64,000 nt of DNA from Chloroflexota bacterium (GTDB lineage Bacteria > Chloroflexota > Limnocylindria > QHBO01), in contig VBKA01000020.1 in NCBI GenBank assembly GCA_005879815.1, forward strand, positions 223 to 64,222. Reading direction: 5' to 3'. The notes beneath the pieces were generated by a model. That model searched no databases, was not told the origin of the DNA, and worked only from the letters and a program-made list of their open reading frames with translations. Of this stretch, positions 38,083 through 47,005 are shown piece by piece. The first letter of the stretch is position 1. Every line of letters starts with the position of its first letter. The position numbers and the translations under genes were made by a program.

Positions 38083-40391
38083 CGAGGCGTGGCCTCGACA
38101 GGATCCAGCGGCCGCGCAAGCGAGGGATGGAGCGCCTTCCACACCCGCTCGGGAGAGAGTGGCAACTCGCGAACCGCGACACCTGTGGCGTCGCAAACGG
38201 CTGCCGCGACGGCTGGCGCCACAGGCAGGAGCGCGCCCTCGCTCATGCCCTTCGCGCCGTACGGGCCCGGCCCGTCGGCGTTCTCGATCGCGTCGCTCTC
38301 CATTCGCATTGGCAGGTCCATGCTGGTCGGAATCCGGTAGTCGATCGCGCCGAGGTTCCTGATGCGGCCGGCCTCGTCGAGGATGTAGTGCTCCATCAGC
38401 GTGTGGCCGAGGCCCATGACCGCGGCGCCCTCGTCCTGGCCCCGAACCTGAAGCGGGTTGAGCGCCTTGCCCACGTCTGACACGGTGACGTGGCGCATCA
38501 CGGTCACGTCGCCGGTCTCGCGATCGACATCCACCTCCACAGCGGTGCAGTTGAACTCGTAGAACGCCGAGGTGCCACCAAGCGGGTGCTCGGGATCGGC
38601 CTCCTTGCGCGCCTCGCCGACGCCGATGACCTCGCCTCCGAGGCGTCCCAGCCCACGGACGAGCACGTCGCGCACGGGCAGGATGCGATCGGCGAGGCGC
38701 ACCTCTCCGCGATCGACTGTGACATCACTCTCGGGCACCCCTTCGAGTCGCACGGCCATCGCGCGGATCTTCGCCTGGATGTCGCGGCACGCGCCGAGGA
38801 CGGCATTGCCCATCAGCACCGACGAGCGGCTGGCCGAGGTCTGCTGGTCATATGGCACGACCGCCGTGTCCCCCATGACGACGGTCACCCACTCCAGCGG
38901 TGCGCCGAGCTCGTCCGCAGCGATCTGGGCGAAGATCGTGCGGGCGCCCTGGCCCATGTCGGACGTGCCCGCGTGAATAACCACGCTGCCATCGGCGAGG
39001 AGGCGTACCGTCGAGTACGAGAGCCCCGTCGTCGGGCCGGACTTGAGCCCAACCGCGATACCCCGCCCCCTGCCGTCCGACGGACGCTGCTGCCAGCCGA
39101 TCATCTCGCCCGCCCGGCTCACCGCCATCGCCCAATCGCCGTCAGCAGGCGTCTCGTGCGGGATGAAGGCCTCGCCTGGCCGCGGCAGGTTGCGCAGCCG
39201 GAGCTCAAGGGGGTCGATCTCGAGCAGCCTGGCCGCTTCGTTCATGTTCGACTCGACCGCCCAGATCTGCTGGGGATTGCCAAAGCCGCGGAACGCGGTC
39301 GAGGGCACGGTGTGTGAAAGGACGCTGCGGGCGACGATCCGCACGGCCGGGACGCGGTACGGCCCGTTCGCGGTGTAGCTGCCTTTGGCCACGGTCCGGT
39401 CCGCAATGTCGGCGTAAGCGCCGATCAGGTAGTTCGCGTCGATGTCTCGAAACACGAGCGTGCCGTCACGGCGAAAGCCCGCTCGCACGCGGACCTGCGC
39501 GGCGCCCCGGCGGACGGCCTGGAACGTCTCCTCGAGCGTCAGGACAAGGCGGACGAGGCGGCCCGTCTTTCGGGCCATGAAGGCGAGGAGCGGCTCGTAC
39601 TTGGCGTGCTGCTTCCCGCCGAACGCTCCGCCCGGATCGGGCGCGAAGACGCGTACCTTCGAGAGCGGAAGCTCGGTCAGGTCGGCGATGACGCGCTGGA
39701 GCCAGTACGGGTGCTGGATCGAGCTCCAGATCGCGATCCCGTCGCCGAAGGGCGCGGCCATGAAGGCATGCGGCTCGATCGCGAACTGGGTGACCATCGG
39801 GAACGTGTACGTGCCCTCTATCACAACGTTCGCCTCGGCCTCCGCCGCACCGACGTCGCCCCAGCCGTAGCGGTGCTCGCGCAGCACGTTGCTGTTCGCG
39901 AGCGGATCGCCCGGACGGAGCGACGGGTCCTGAACGAGCGGTGCGTCCGGCGCGAGCGATCCTGCGATCGTGTGGACGGCCGGCAGCTCCTCATAGTCGA
40001 CTCGGACGAGTCCCGCCGCCTCCTCCGCGGCGTCGACCGTCTCGGCGGCAACGGCCGCGATGGGCTCGCCGTGGTACTTCGTCTCGCGGTCAGCGAGCAC
40101 GGGCCGATCGCGCCGCTGCGGCCCAAAGCGCGGCATTGGTCGGGGGAGGTCGGCGGCGGTCAGGACGAGCCTTACCCCGGGCACTGCCAACGCCGATCTG
40201 GTGTCGATGGCCTTGAGTCGCGCGCGCGCCGCGTCGACGGTGACCAGCTTGACCCGAAGCGCGTCGGCGTGGGGAAGGTCCGCGACGTACTCCTGGCGAC
40301 CCGTGACACGCTCGAGGCCGCCGACGCGCGGCGCAGTCGCCCCCACGCCTGAGGCTCGCGGCGCCGCTCCTCGCTCGTCCTCGACGTTCAT
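38079..40391 (-). CDS. Xanthine dehydrogenase/aldehyde oxidase family molybdopterin-binding large subunit (CoxL-like, not CO-DH type)
   Basis: ~770 aa with the AFRGFG motif of XDH-family hydroxylases. The CODH AYRCSFR loop is absent. Confidence 0.8.
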   Translation of the reverse strand: MNVEDERGAAPRASGVGATAPRVGGLERVTGRQEYVADLPHADALRVKLVTVDAARARLKAIDTRSALAVPGVRLVLTAADLPRPMPRFGPQRRDRPVLADRETKYHGEPIAAVAAETVDAAEEAAGLVRVDYEELPAVHTIAGSLAPDAPLVQDPSLRPGDPLANSNVLREHRYGWGDVGAAEAEANVVIEGTYTFPMVTQFAIEPHAFMAAPFGDGIAIWSSIQHPYWLQRVIADLTELPLSKVRVFAPDPGGAFGGKQHAKYEPLLAFMARKTGRLVRLVLTLEETFQAVRRGAAQVRVRAGFRRDGTLVFRDIDANYLIGAYADIADRTVAKGSYTANGPYRVPAVRIVARSVLSHTVPSTAFRGFGNPQQIWAVESNMNEAARLLEIDPLELRLRNLPRPGEAFIPHETPADGDWAMAVSRAGEMIGWQQRPSDGRGRGIAVGLKSGPTTGLSYSTVRLLADGSVVIHAGTSDMGQGARTIFAQIAADELGAPLEWVTVVMGDTAVVPYDQQTSASRSSVLMGNAVLGACRDIQAKIRAMAVRLEGVPESDVTVDRGEVRLADRILPVRDVLVRGLGRLGGEVIGVGEARKEADPEHPLGGTSAFYEFNCTAVEVDVDRETGDVTVMRHVTVSDVGKALNPLQVRGQDEGAAVMGLGHTLMEHYILDEAGRIRNLGAIDYRIPTSMDLPMRMESDAIENADGPGPYGAKGMSEGALLPVAPAVAAAVCDATGVAVRELPLSPERVWKALHPSLARPLDPVEATPR

Positions 40392-40960
40392 TGCGGCGCC
40401 AGCTCCGCGTCGGGCGTGGCCGCCCGGTCACCCAGCGCCCGCAGTCGTGCGGACCGCGCGGCCAGGTCGTCGTCGGCGATGGCGTCCGCGTCCGCGGCAT
40501 CGGCCGCCATGAGCACTGCCTCGATGATCTGCTCGTACCCGGCGCAACGGCAGAGGTTCCCGGCGAGGCCTTCTTCGACCTGAGCACGCGTCGGATGGGG
40601 CGCGTCCGTGAGCAGCGCATGAGCAGATACGAGCTGGCCCGGGATGCAGAAGCCGCATTGGGCGGCGCCCGTCTCGAGGAAGGAGCGCTGCACCGGGCTC
40701 AGCCGGCCGTCGACCGCCAGGCCCTCCACCGTCGTGACAGACGCGCCGTCCGCTTCGACGCCCAGCACCAGGCACGAATCGACGCTGTGGCCGTCAAGGA
40801 GGACCGTGCACGCCCCGCACTCCCCGACGAGACAGCACTCCTTCGTCCCCGTCAGGCCAAGATCCTCGCGCAGGACGTCAAGGAGCGTGTGGTGAGCGAG
40901 AACCTCGATCGAGCGCGAGCGTCCGTTGACCGTCAGCTCGAGGGGGCGGCGGTTCGTCAT
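40388..40960 (-). CDS. (2Fe-2S)-binding small subunit of the Mo hydroxylase (CoxS-like)
   Basis: Two [2Fe-2S] cysteine clusters (CLVGECGACTV and CGFCIPG...CRCAGY). Confidence 0.85.
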   Translation of the reverse strand: MTNRRPLELTVNGRSRSIEVLAHHTLLDVLREDLGLTGTKECCLVGECGACTVLLDGHSVDSCLVLGVEADGASVTTVEGLAVDGRLSPVQRSFLETGAAQCGFCIPGQLVSAHALLTDAPHPTRAQVEEGLAGNLCRCAGYEQIIEAVLMAADAADADAIADDDLAARSARLRALGDRAATPDAELAPQ

Positions 40961-41826
40961 GGAGCCTGGGCCGAGGCGAGCCGATCGATCGCCGCTTTGA
41001 CGCCACGCAGCCCGAGGACGCGGAGCATCGCCAGCCGGTACTCCGGGCTTGCGCGCATCGAGGTCGGCGACGGGCTCGCACCAGCGAATAACCGATCGAG
41101 GAGACCGGCCTTGTCGGTGTCAGGCAGACTCGGATCGGCGAGGCGGCCGGAATCGTCGATCGCCAGCACAGGGCGCGGGCCGACACTGCCGTACGCGATC
41201 CGTGTCTTGCCGTCCGGGGTCACGGCGCATGCGAGCGTCACCGACGCCAGGTCGTGGCCGCGCCGTCGCGTGCGGCGGAGGTGGACACTGCCGCGCGAAC
41301 TCGTCGGTCTCGGAAGCTCGATCGCGACGACCAGCTCCCCTCTTGCCAGCGTCGTGACGCCCGAGCGCACGAAGAACTCCTCGAGCGGCAGGTGCCGCGT
41401 CCCGCTCGGGCCGGTGGCGACGATCAGCGCGCCGTACGCAAGCAAGGCGGGGGCGGTATCCGCCGCCGGTGAGGCGTTGCACATGTTGCCGACGAGCGTC
41501 GCCCGGTTCCGTATCTGGACAGAACCGACGAACAGCGCGGACTCCGCGAGGGCAGGGTAGTCGCGCCTCACCCGGGAGTCGGCGGCAATGTCGGTCATCG
41601 TCGTGAGTGCCCCGAAGCGCAGGTAGCCGTCGTCGTCCCGAATGTCGCCGTCCAGCTCGTCGATGCCCTTCATGTCGACGACGACTCGAGGACGCAGCGA
41701 GCCGTCGCGTAAGCGGATGATCAGGTCAGTCCCGCCGGCAAGCGGCCGCGCCTCGGGTCCATACTCGGCGAGCAAGGAAGTAGCTTGGGCAAGTTCGCTC
41801 GGGCGTTCGTATTCGAACGGTCGCAT
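40957..41826 (-). CDS. FAD-binding medium subunit of the Mo hydroxylase (CoxM-like)
   Basis: LAGGTDLI FAD-binding motif, CO-dehydrogenase flavoprotein fold. Confidence 0.8.
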   Translation of the reverse strand: MRPFEYERPSELAQATSLLAEYGPEARPLAGGTDLIIRLRDGSLRPRVVVDMKGIDELDGDIRDDDGYLRFGALTTMTDIAADSRVRRDYPALAESALFVGSVQIRNRATLVGNMCNASPAADTAPALLAYGALIVATGPSGTRHLPLEEFFVRSGVTTLARGELVVAIELPRPTSSRGSVHLRRTRRRGHDLASVTLACAVTPDGKTRIAYGSVGPRPVLAIDDSGRLADPSLPDTDKAGLLDRLFAGASPSPTSMRASPEYRLAMLRVLGLRGVKAAIDRLASAQAP

Positions 41827-42723
41827 CTAGCCGGCCTCGAGGACCCGCTCCACCTGGTCCAGGAGAACCTGCGGGGTCGCCGCTCGCACGAAGAAGTACG
41901 GGCGATCGCTGAACCGGCGCACGAAGTCGGCCCGCGCCCTGCGGAGGTCGTCGGTGTCGACGAGCGGCATGGGAAAGCCGGGCGCAAGGACCTCGTTCAG
42001 CAGGAAATAGTTCTGGACAGAGTGGAACGTCTGGAATTGGCGCTCAAACGGGATCATCTCGACGCACGACGGGTCGTAATTGCCGTCGATGGCGGGCACG
42101 ATCACGAGGTCGACCTCGCTTGGCCCGCTGTACGTCTCCCAGCTCGGCAGTGAGCCAAAGAACTTCTGCGCTCCGGCCTCGGCACCCGCCTTGTCGGCGC
42201 GCTCGGTCCCCTCGCTCCGCTTCTTGAGGAATGGCTGGAGGGAGCCCATGACCGTCGCGCCCTGCACGTCGATGATGGTGGTCTCCGTCGAGACCAGCAT
42301 GGCGCCGCGCCTGCAGGCCTCGATCTGGCCCATCGACTTGCCGTGGTTCGATTCGCCGCCGAGGAGCAGGATCGTTCGGTCTCGGTAGCGAACTGCTGAT
42401 GCGTGGAACGGGTGGAGGCCCTGTTGCTCCATGCGCAGGGCGAGCATCGTCACGATCACCTTCTGGATCGGCCCTGCCGGCCAGTCGCCACGGAACGTCA
42501 TTTGCCGTCCGTCGTAGGCGATCTCCTTTTCCTCGTCCTGGAGCCAGACGATGTCGGGCTCGGCCAGGCTGACCTCAGACAGGATCCGAACGTCCGCGAG
42601 CCGGTAATTCAGGAAGCTCATGTCGTCCAGGACATGCTCCCTCGACCGCGAGCCGGAGACGTCGATCCGGAGGCGGGCCGGGCCCGCTGCAAACTCCTCC
42701 CGGAGCTGAAGAGCCACGCTCAT
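41827..42723 (-). CDS. HPr kinase/phosphorylase C-terminal-domain-like P-loop protein
   Basis: LLLGGESNHGKSMGQIEACRRGAMLVSTETTIIDV aligns with the HprK/P P-loop region (GDSGVGKSE...RGH.LVADD). No HprK N-domain is present. Confidence 0.5.
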   Translation of the reverse strand: MSVALQLREEFAAGPARLRIDVSGSRSREHVLDDMSFLNYRLADVRILSEVSLAEPDIVWLQDEEKEIAYDGRQMTFRGDWPAGPIQKVIVTMLALRMEQQGLHPFHASAVRYRDRTILLLGGESNHGKSMGQIEACRRGAMLVSTETTIIDVQGATVMGSLQPFLKKRSEGTERADKAGAEAGAQKFFGSLPSWETYSGPSEVDLVIVPAIDGNYDPSCVEMIPFERQFQTFHSVQNYFLLNEVLAPGFPMPLVDTDDLRRARADFVRRFSDRPYFFVRAATPQVLLDQVERVLEAG

Positions 42724-42750
42724 GAGCCCGGTTCGCGAGCGGCCAGGGCG

Positions 42751-44547
42751 CTAGCTCCCGATCGCGGCCGCGGCCGGCGACTCCGCGTTCACCGCGCGGG
42801 CAACCACCTCGACGCGCCCGGCGCCCCCATCGATCCTGATCCGATCGCCGGTGGCGATCCTCGCCGTGGCGACCGAGGTGCCAGTCACGGCCGGGATGCC
42901 GAACGCGCGCGACAGGACGGCCGGGTGCGAGGTCGTCCCGCCGGTGTCAGTCACGAGCCCGGCGATCTTGGTGAAGAGCACGACCCAGGCCGGGTTCGTC
43001 ATCTGGCACACGAGGATCTCCCCGTCCTCGACCTGGTCGAATTCGTCGACGGTCCGAACGACCCGGGCGGTCCCCTCAAGGACGCCCGGCGATGCCCCGA
43101 TCCCCGTGATGACGGTGTGGTCCTCCGACTGCTTCTGGTGGAAGCGATCCGGGTAACCCCAGTTCACCCAATACGGGAACGCGAGCTGTGACGGCGTCAC
43201 CGTGCCGACCCAGTCGCGCGGGCGAAGCTTGGCCTGCTCATCGCGCTCGCGCCGCCGCTGGGCCACCAGCGCGCGGGCTTCGATCGCCTCCACGCTGCCG
43301 ATCAGCTGCCGCAGCTCGTTGTACCGCAGGAAGATCACATCGTCCGGTTGGTTGAGATGGCCGGACTCGACGAGCTTTTGGCCCACGGCAAGCAGGACCA
43401 GCCGCAGATGAGCGTTGGCGCCCTGGTCGATGTAGAAGTGGTGATCGGGCGTTAGCGGCGCCATCCGGAGGTTCACCTCGTTCGCCGCGCGCATCTCCTC
43501 GAGCGCATCGCCGGTCAGACCCTGGAGGATCTCGCGGGATGCCACCTCGATGTCCTCACGCATGGCAGAGATCGCGCCCGGAAAGTCGTAATCGGTCTCG
43601 TAGTAACCGCGCACGAGCTCGAGGATGGGCTCCATCTGCTCGCGGACCGTTCGGTAGATGAACTCGTGGCTCCAGACGGCATGCCAGCCGAACTCGCGCT
43701 GGTACGGCTCGACGCGTTCGGCAATGAAGCGGCGTCCGCGCTCTGATGCTCCCAGAGCCTGCGCGATCGGCGCGCCGTTTTCCCGGGCGAAGGCCCGGCG
43801 CAGCTCCTGGTCGTCGCGAACCTCGTTCTTCATGCGCCAGAGCGCCTCGATCGAGTCCCAGTTCCGGTCCGAGGCCGAGTTCTGGAGCCGCCCGAGCAGC
43901 TGCTCGTCGACCTTGCCGCGGGTCTTCTCCATGACGGACCGCAGGTTGAGCGTCGCGGAAAACTGGGCGAAGTTCAGCATCCAGTGGATCTTCCAGTGAC
44001 GGTCGTGGATGTCGATCGCGTCCTCGAGAAGGCAGGCGACCTCGGCGAGGGTCATCCCTTCCGTCGCGTCGAGCCGTTCCTCCAGGTAGACGAAATTGCG
44101 CTCCATCTCGGGTCGCAGGCGATCCCGCCACCAGTCGGCGAAGTCGCGACCGTAGATCGGCAGGACGGTGTCGAGGTATGCGCCCATCGTCGCTCGGAAG
44201 TTGGCGTCGCGCGGGACCCGCGCCTGGTAACGGGAGCTGTACTCCGTGCCTTCGATGTGGAGATCCGGATCGGCCGGGATAGCCGTCGTGTAGACGTAGC
44301 CGTTCACATTCTTGGCGAGCCAGTCGACCGCGAATGGCGTTCCGAACCTCCTGAACATGTGATCGCAGCTGAGCCACCAGCCACCGATGTCGAAGAACAT
44401 CGGACTCACGGGGTTTGGGATGTGGAGGTCGTCGTAGACCCAGAAGAGTTCCTTTTCGGCATCCGAATCCCACACGACTGGGAAGGACTCGTCACCAAGG
44501 AACTGGCCGAGGACCTCATCTGTCGCTGCCACGGGCTGGTCCTCCAC
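42751..44547 (-). CDS. PEP-utilising enzyme: ~470-aa N-terminal domain of unknown specificity and C-terminal phospho-His swivel domain (PpsA-like component of a split dikinase-like enzyme)
   Basis: C-terminal GIGASPGVLEGTARVV...LVTDTGGTTSHPAVLSRAFGIPAVTG is the PEP-utilisers mobile domain with the catalytic His. The N-terminus lacks the ATP-grasp motif. Confidence 0.65.
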   Translation of the reverse strand: MEDQPVAATDEVLGQFLGDESFPVVWDSDAEKELFWVYDDLHIPNPVSPMFFDIGGWWLSCDHMFRRFGTPFAVDWLAKNVNGYVYTTAIPADPDLHIEGTEYSSRYQARVPRDANFRATMGAYLDTVLPIYGRDFADWWRDRLRPEMERNFVYLEERLDATEGMTLAEVACLLEDAIDIHDRHWKIHWMLNFAQFSATLNLRSVMEKTRGKVDEQLLGRLQNSASDRNWDSIEALWRMKNEVRDDQELRRAFARENGAPIAQALGASERGRRFIAERVEPYQREFGWHAVWSHEFIYRTVREQMEPILELVRGYYETDYDFPGAISAMREDIEVASREILQGLTGDALEEMRAANEVNLRMAPLTPDHHFYIDQGANAHLRLVLLAVGQKLVESGHLNQPDDVIFLRYNELRQLIGSVEAIEARALVAQRRRERDEQAKLRPRDWVGTVTPSQLAFPYWVNWGYPDRFHQKQSEDHTVITGIGASPGVLEGTARVVRTVDEFDQVEDGEILVCQMTNPAWVVLFTKIAGLVTDTGGTTSHPAVLSRAFGIPAVTGTSVATARIATGDRIRIDGGAGRVEVVARAVNAESPAAAAIGS

Positions 44548-44778
44548 CGCCGCTCCGGACTCCAGCTTCCGCCGGAAGGGGCCGCCGGCGCCGAGTGATC
44601 GATCATCGATGATGATACAGATCGCCCAACAGCGAGCACTCCGCGAGGCTGACTCTGGACGAGTACGAAGAGCTAGGCTGTCCCGATGGGCCGATGTCCA
44701 CAGCGGGCGCCTGAGGGCGGCGGGCCTGGGTGTGATGAAAAGGTTCCCACGCGCGGCGAGGCAATGTGAGGCGGTCTG

Positions 44779-45639
44779 GTGAACGGTGAGTCGTCTGATC
44801 GGGCCACCGACCTCGTCCTGGAGGGTCCACCGCCCGAGTCATTCCGCCCGAGCTGGCTGGCACTCCTCTTTGCAGTGGTCGTCGCAGTGCTGGTGGGAAC
44901 CGCCGTCGGTTATCGGATCGGCGCCAGCCCAACTGCCACTCCGCAGCTTGCCGCACTCCCGAGCCTGAGCCCACTCCCAACGCCGATCGCGTCTCCGTCA
45001 CCCACCCCGTCCGCGGTTGCCGTGTACTTTGGAATCGAGGCGTCCAGGGGCCTGTTGAAGCAAGGCACCTACGCGTACCTGAACGTCGACGGGACGTCCT
45101 TTACCAACGTCCGCTTTAGCGTGCCCGCTGGCTGGACCTGGAGCGGGCGATCTCTCAGCAAGGGCGGCGGCGGTGCGCCCCACGGAGCCGCCATCTTCTT
45201 CTTCGACGCGGAGGTGCAGGTCTATGCGGATCCATGCCATTGGGCTGCAGTTCAGTCGCATCCGCCGACCGGCTCCTCGGCTGCCGATCTCATGGCCGCC
45301 CTAGCCGCCCAGCCCTTGCGGCGGGCGACCACGCCCAGCAAGCGCCCGGCAAACGCACCAGGTCTTGCCAATGGCTGGCAAGGCATGTCGATCCAGCTGA
45401 CCGTGCCTGACCGCATCAACTTCGCAGACTGCGACAAAGGCCAGTACCGGAGCTGGGGCCCCGACAACGAGGCTCGCACCCATGAGGGTCCAGGGCAGCG
45501 CGACATTGTGTGGGCAGTGGATCTAGGCCCCTACGACCGCCTCATCATCGATGCCTCTTGGTTCCCGGGTACGCCTGCCGAAGTGAAGTCTGAAATCGAG
45601 ACCATTCTCAGATCGATGGCCGCCGGCCACTGGGGGTGA
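44779..45639 (+). CDS. Hypothetical membrane-anchored protein with Pro/Ser/Thr-rich linker
   Basis: GTG start, a single N-terminal TM helix (WLALLFAVVVAVLVGTAVGY) and a PSPTPS linker. No known domain. Divergent from the PEP-utilising gene. Confidence 0.45.
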   Translation: MNGESSDRATDLVLEGPPPESFRPSWLALLFAVVVAVLVGTAVGYRIGASPTATPQLAALPSLSPLPTPIASPSPTPSAVAVYFGIEASRGLLKQGTYAYLNVDGTSFTNVRFSVPAGWTWSGRSLSKGGGGAPHGAAIFFFDAEVQVYADPCHWAAVQSHPPTGSSAADLMAALAAQPLRRATTPSKRPANAPGLANGWQGMSIQLTVPDRINFADCDKGQYRSWGPDNEARTHEGPGQRDIVWAVDLGPYDRLIIDASWFPGTPAEVKSEIETILRSMAAGHWG

Positions 45640-45710
45640 GCCGCTCATACACGCGTGCGAGCGCTGTGCTAACGAAATTGGCGCCAGGGGCGGCGTGGTC
45701 TTCCCGTCAG

Positions 45711-46118
45711 TTATGCTGTCTCGTCCTCGCCAACGAAGCTGCGCACCATGGCCTCCAAGTCGGCTACTTGGAAGGGCTTCCGCAGGGTTCGAACCCTCGG
45801 ATCCTTGGCGATCTCCTCCGCGCGCTCCTCCAAGCCCAGGAGGTCTCCGGTGCAGATGATGATGGGCAGCTCGCTGAGTTCGGCATCTTGGCGGACGGCC
45901 TTCAGCACGTCCCAGCCCGCGAGCCCGTTGCGGCGCCCACGCAGGTCGATGATCAGGAGTTCTGGCCGGCTCTGCCGGATTGGCTCGACATTGCGGATGG
46001 CGTCGACATCGATGGTGGTGACGTCGTAGCCGGAGTCCTCTTCAAGCAGCGAGTGCATGAGCTGCAGGAACTCCTGGTTGTCGTTGACGACGGTGATACG
46101 CGGATTGCGATCGACCAT
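45711..46118 (-). CDS. Single-domain response regulator (CheY-like receiver)
   Basis: The receiver fold runs from the conserved Asp in LLIIDL to the Lys in TLRKPF. There is no output domain. Confidence 0.75.
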   Translation of the reverse strand: MVDRNPRITVVNDNQEFLQLMHSLLEEDSGYDVTTIDVDAIRNVEPIRQSRPELLIIDLRGRRNGLAGWDVLKAVRQDAELSELPIIICTGDLLGLEERAEEIAKDPRVRTLRKPFQVADLEAMVRSFVGEDETA

Positions 46119-46232
46119 CCCGATTGTCCTCAGGGAGTGGCATTCGCAGTGTAAGCCTGGCTCTGCGCACGATCCACGTGCGCTTGGAGGAAGGGTGGTC
46201 GAAGGCTCGTCGTCAAAAGGGGGGCCTCACCC

Positions 46233-46919
46233 ATGTCAGAGCTGAGACGGCCGGACTCGGCGGTCTGGAGCACGACCAACCGAGGCACGTCCGCCTACGA
46301 TCCACCGATGGCCAGACCCTCCGCCGTCTGGCGGTTCTCTCTGAGGCTCATGTACGCCGGGCTGCGGCTGCTGGATCCGATCCTGCGGGCCTGGTGGCGC
46401 GCATTCGGACTGGGGATCACGGCGCAGCTGACAGTGCGGGGCCGACGCAGCGGTCGCCAGCGGTCCGTACTGGTTGGGCTCCTGTATGTCGACGGGCGTC
46501 GCTATGTTGGGCATCCCAACGGTGCGGTCGGCTGGACCCGCAACCTCGCCGCGGCAGAGGAGGCGCGGGTTGCGCAGCTGCCGGGCGTGTGGGCCACCTT
46601 CCGCGCGGTGCCACTCTCCGACGGCCCCGAGCGTGACGCCATCATCGCGGCCACTGCCCATCAGCAGCCATTCCCGGGCAACCTCGTCTACCGCGCGGCT
46701 CAGCGGCACATCAGGGCGGTGGGGGTCTACTTCCGCCTCGAAGCTTTGGATTCCGCCGGGAGGGGTCTGGTGATCGACGGAGTTCGGGGCGGAGAGCTCA
46801 TCAATGAGCGCAACGTTGCCGCGATTGATGACCTCCTCAAGGAAGCGAGTAGCGCTGCCTTGTCCTCTTGGGTGCCCATGGGATCCCCGCTCCACGGGAT
46901 CAGACACTGTCGTGTCTAA
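46233..46919 (+). CDS. Nitroreductase-family deazaflavin (F420H2)-dependent oxidoreductase (DUF385/PF04075-like)
   Basis: LTVRGRRSGRQRSVLVGLLYVDGRRYVGHPNGAVGWTRNLAAAEEARV matches the PF04075 core. AAGGGGGG Shine-Dalgarno 8 nt upstream of the ATG at 46233. Confidence 0.55.
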   Translation: MSELRRPDSAVWSTTNRGTSAYDPPMARPSAVWRFSLRLMYAGLRLLDPILRAWWRAFGLGITAQLTVRGRRSGRQRSVLVGLLYVDGRRYVGHPNGAVGWTRNLAAAEEARVAQLPGVWATFRAVPLSDGPERDAIIAATAHQQPFPGNLVYRAAQRHIRAVGVYFRLEALDSAGRGLVIDGVRGGELINERNVAAIDDLLKEASSAALSSWVPMGSPLHGIRHCRV

Positions 46920-47005
46920 CCCTAGTGACGGAAAGCGGTATTGGTGTCTAGGCGGCCGGTCGAGGCGGCCGATGTTCTGAAGGTGATCCGCCTCGGCCTG
47001 GACGC

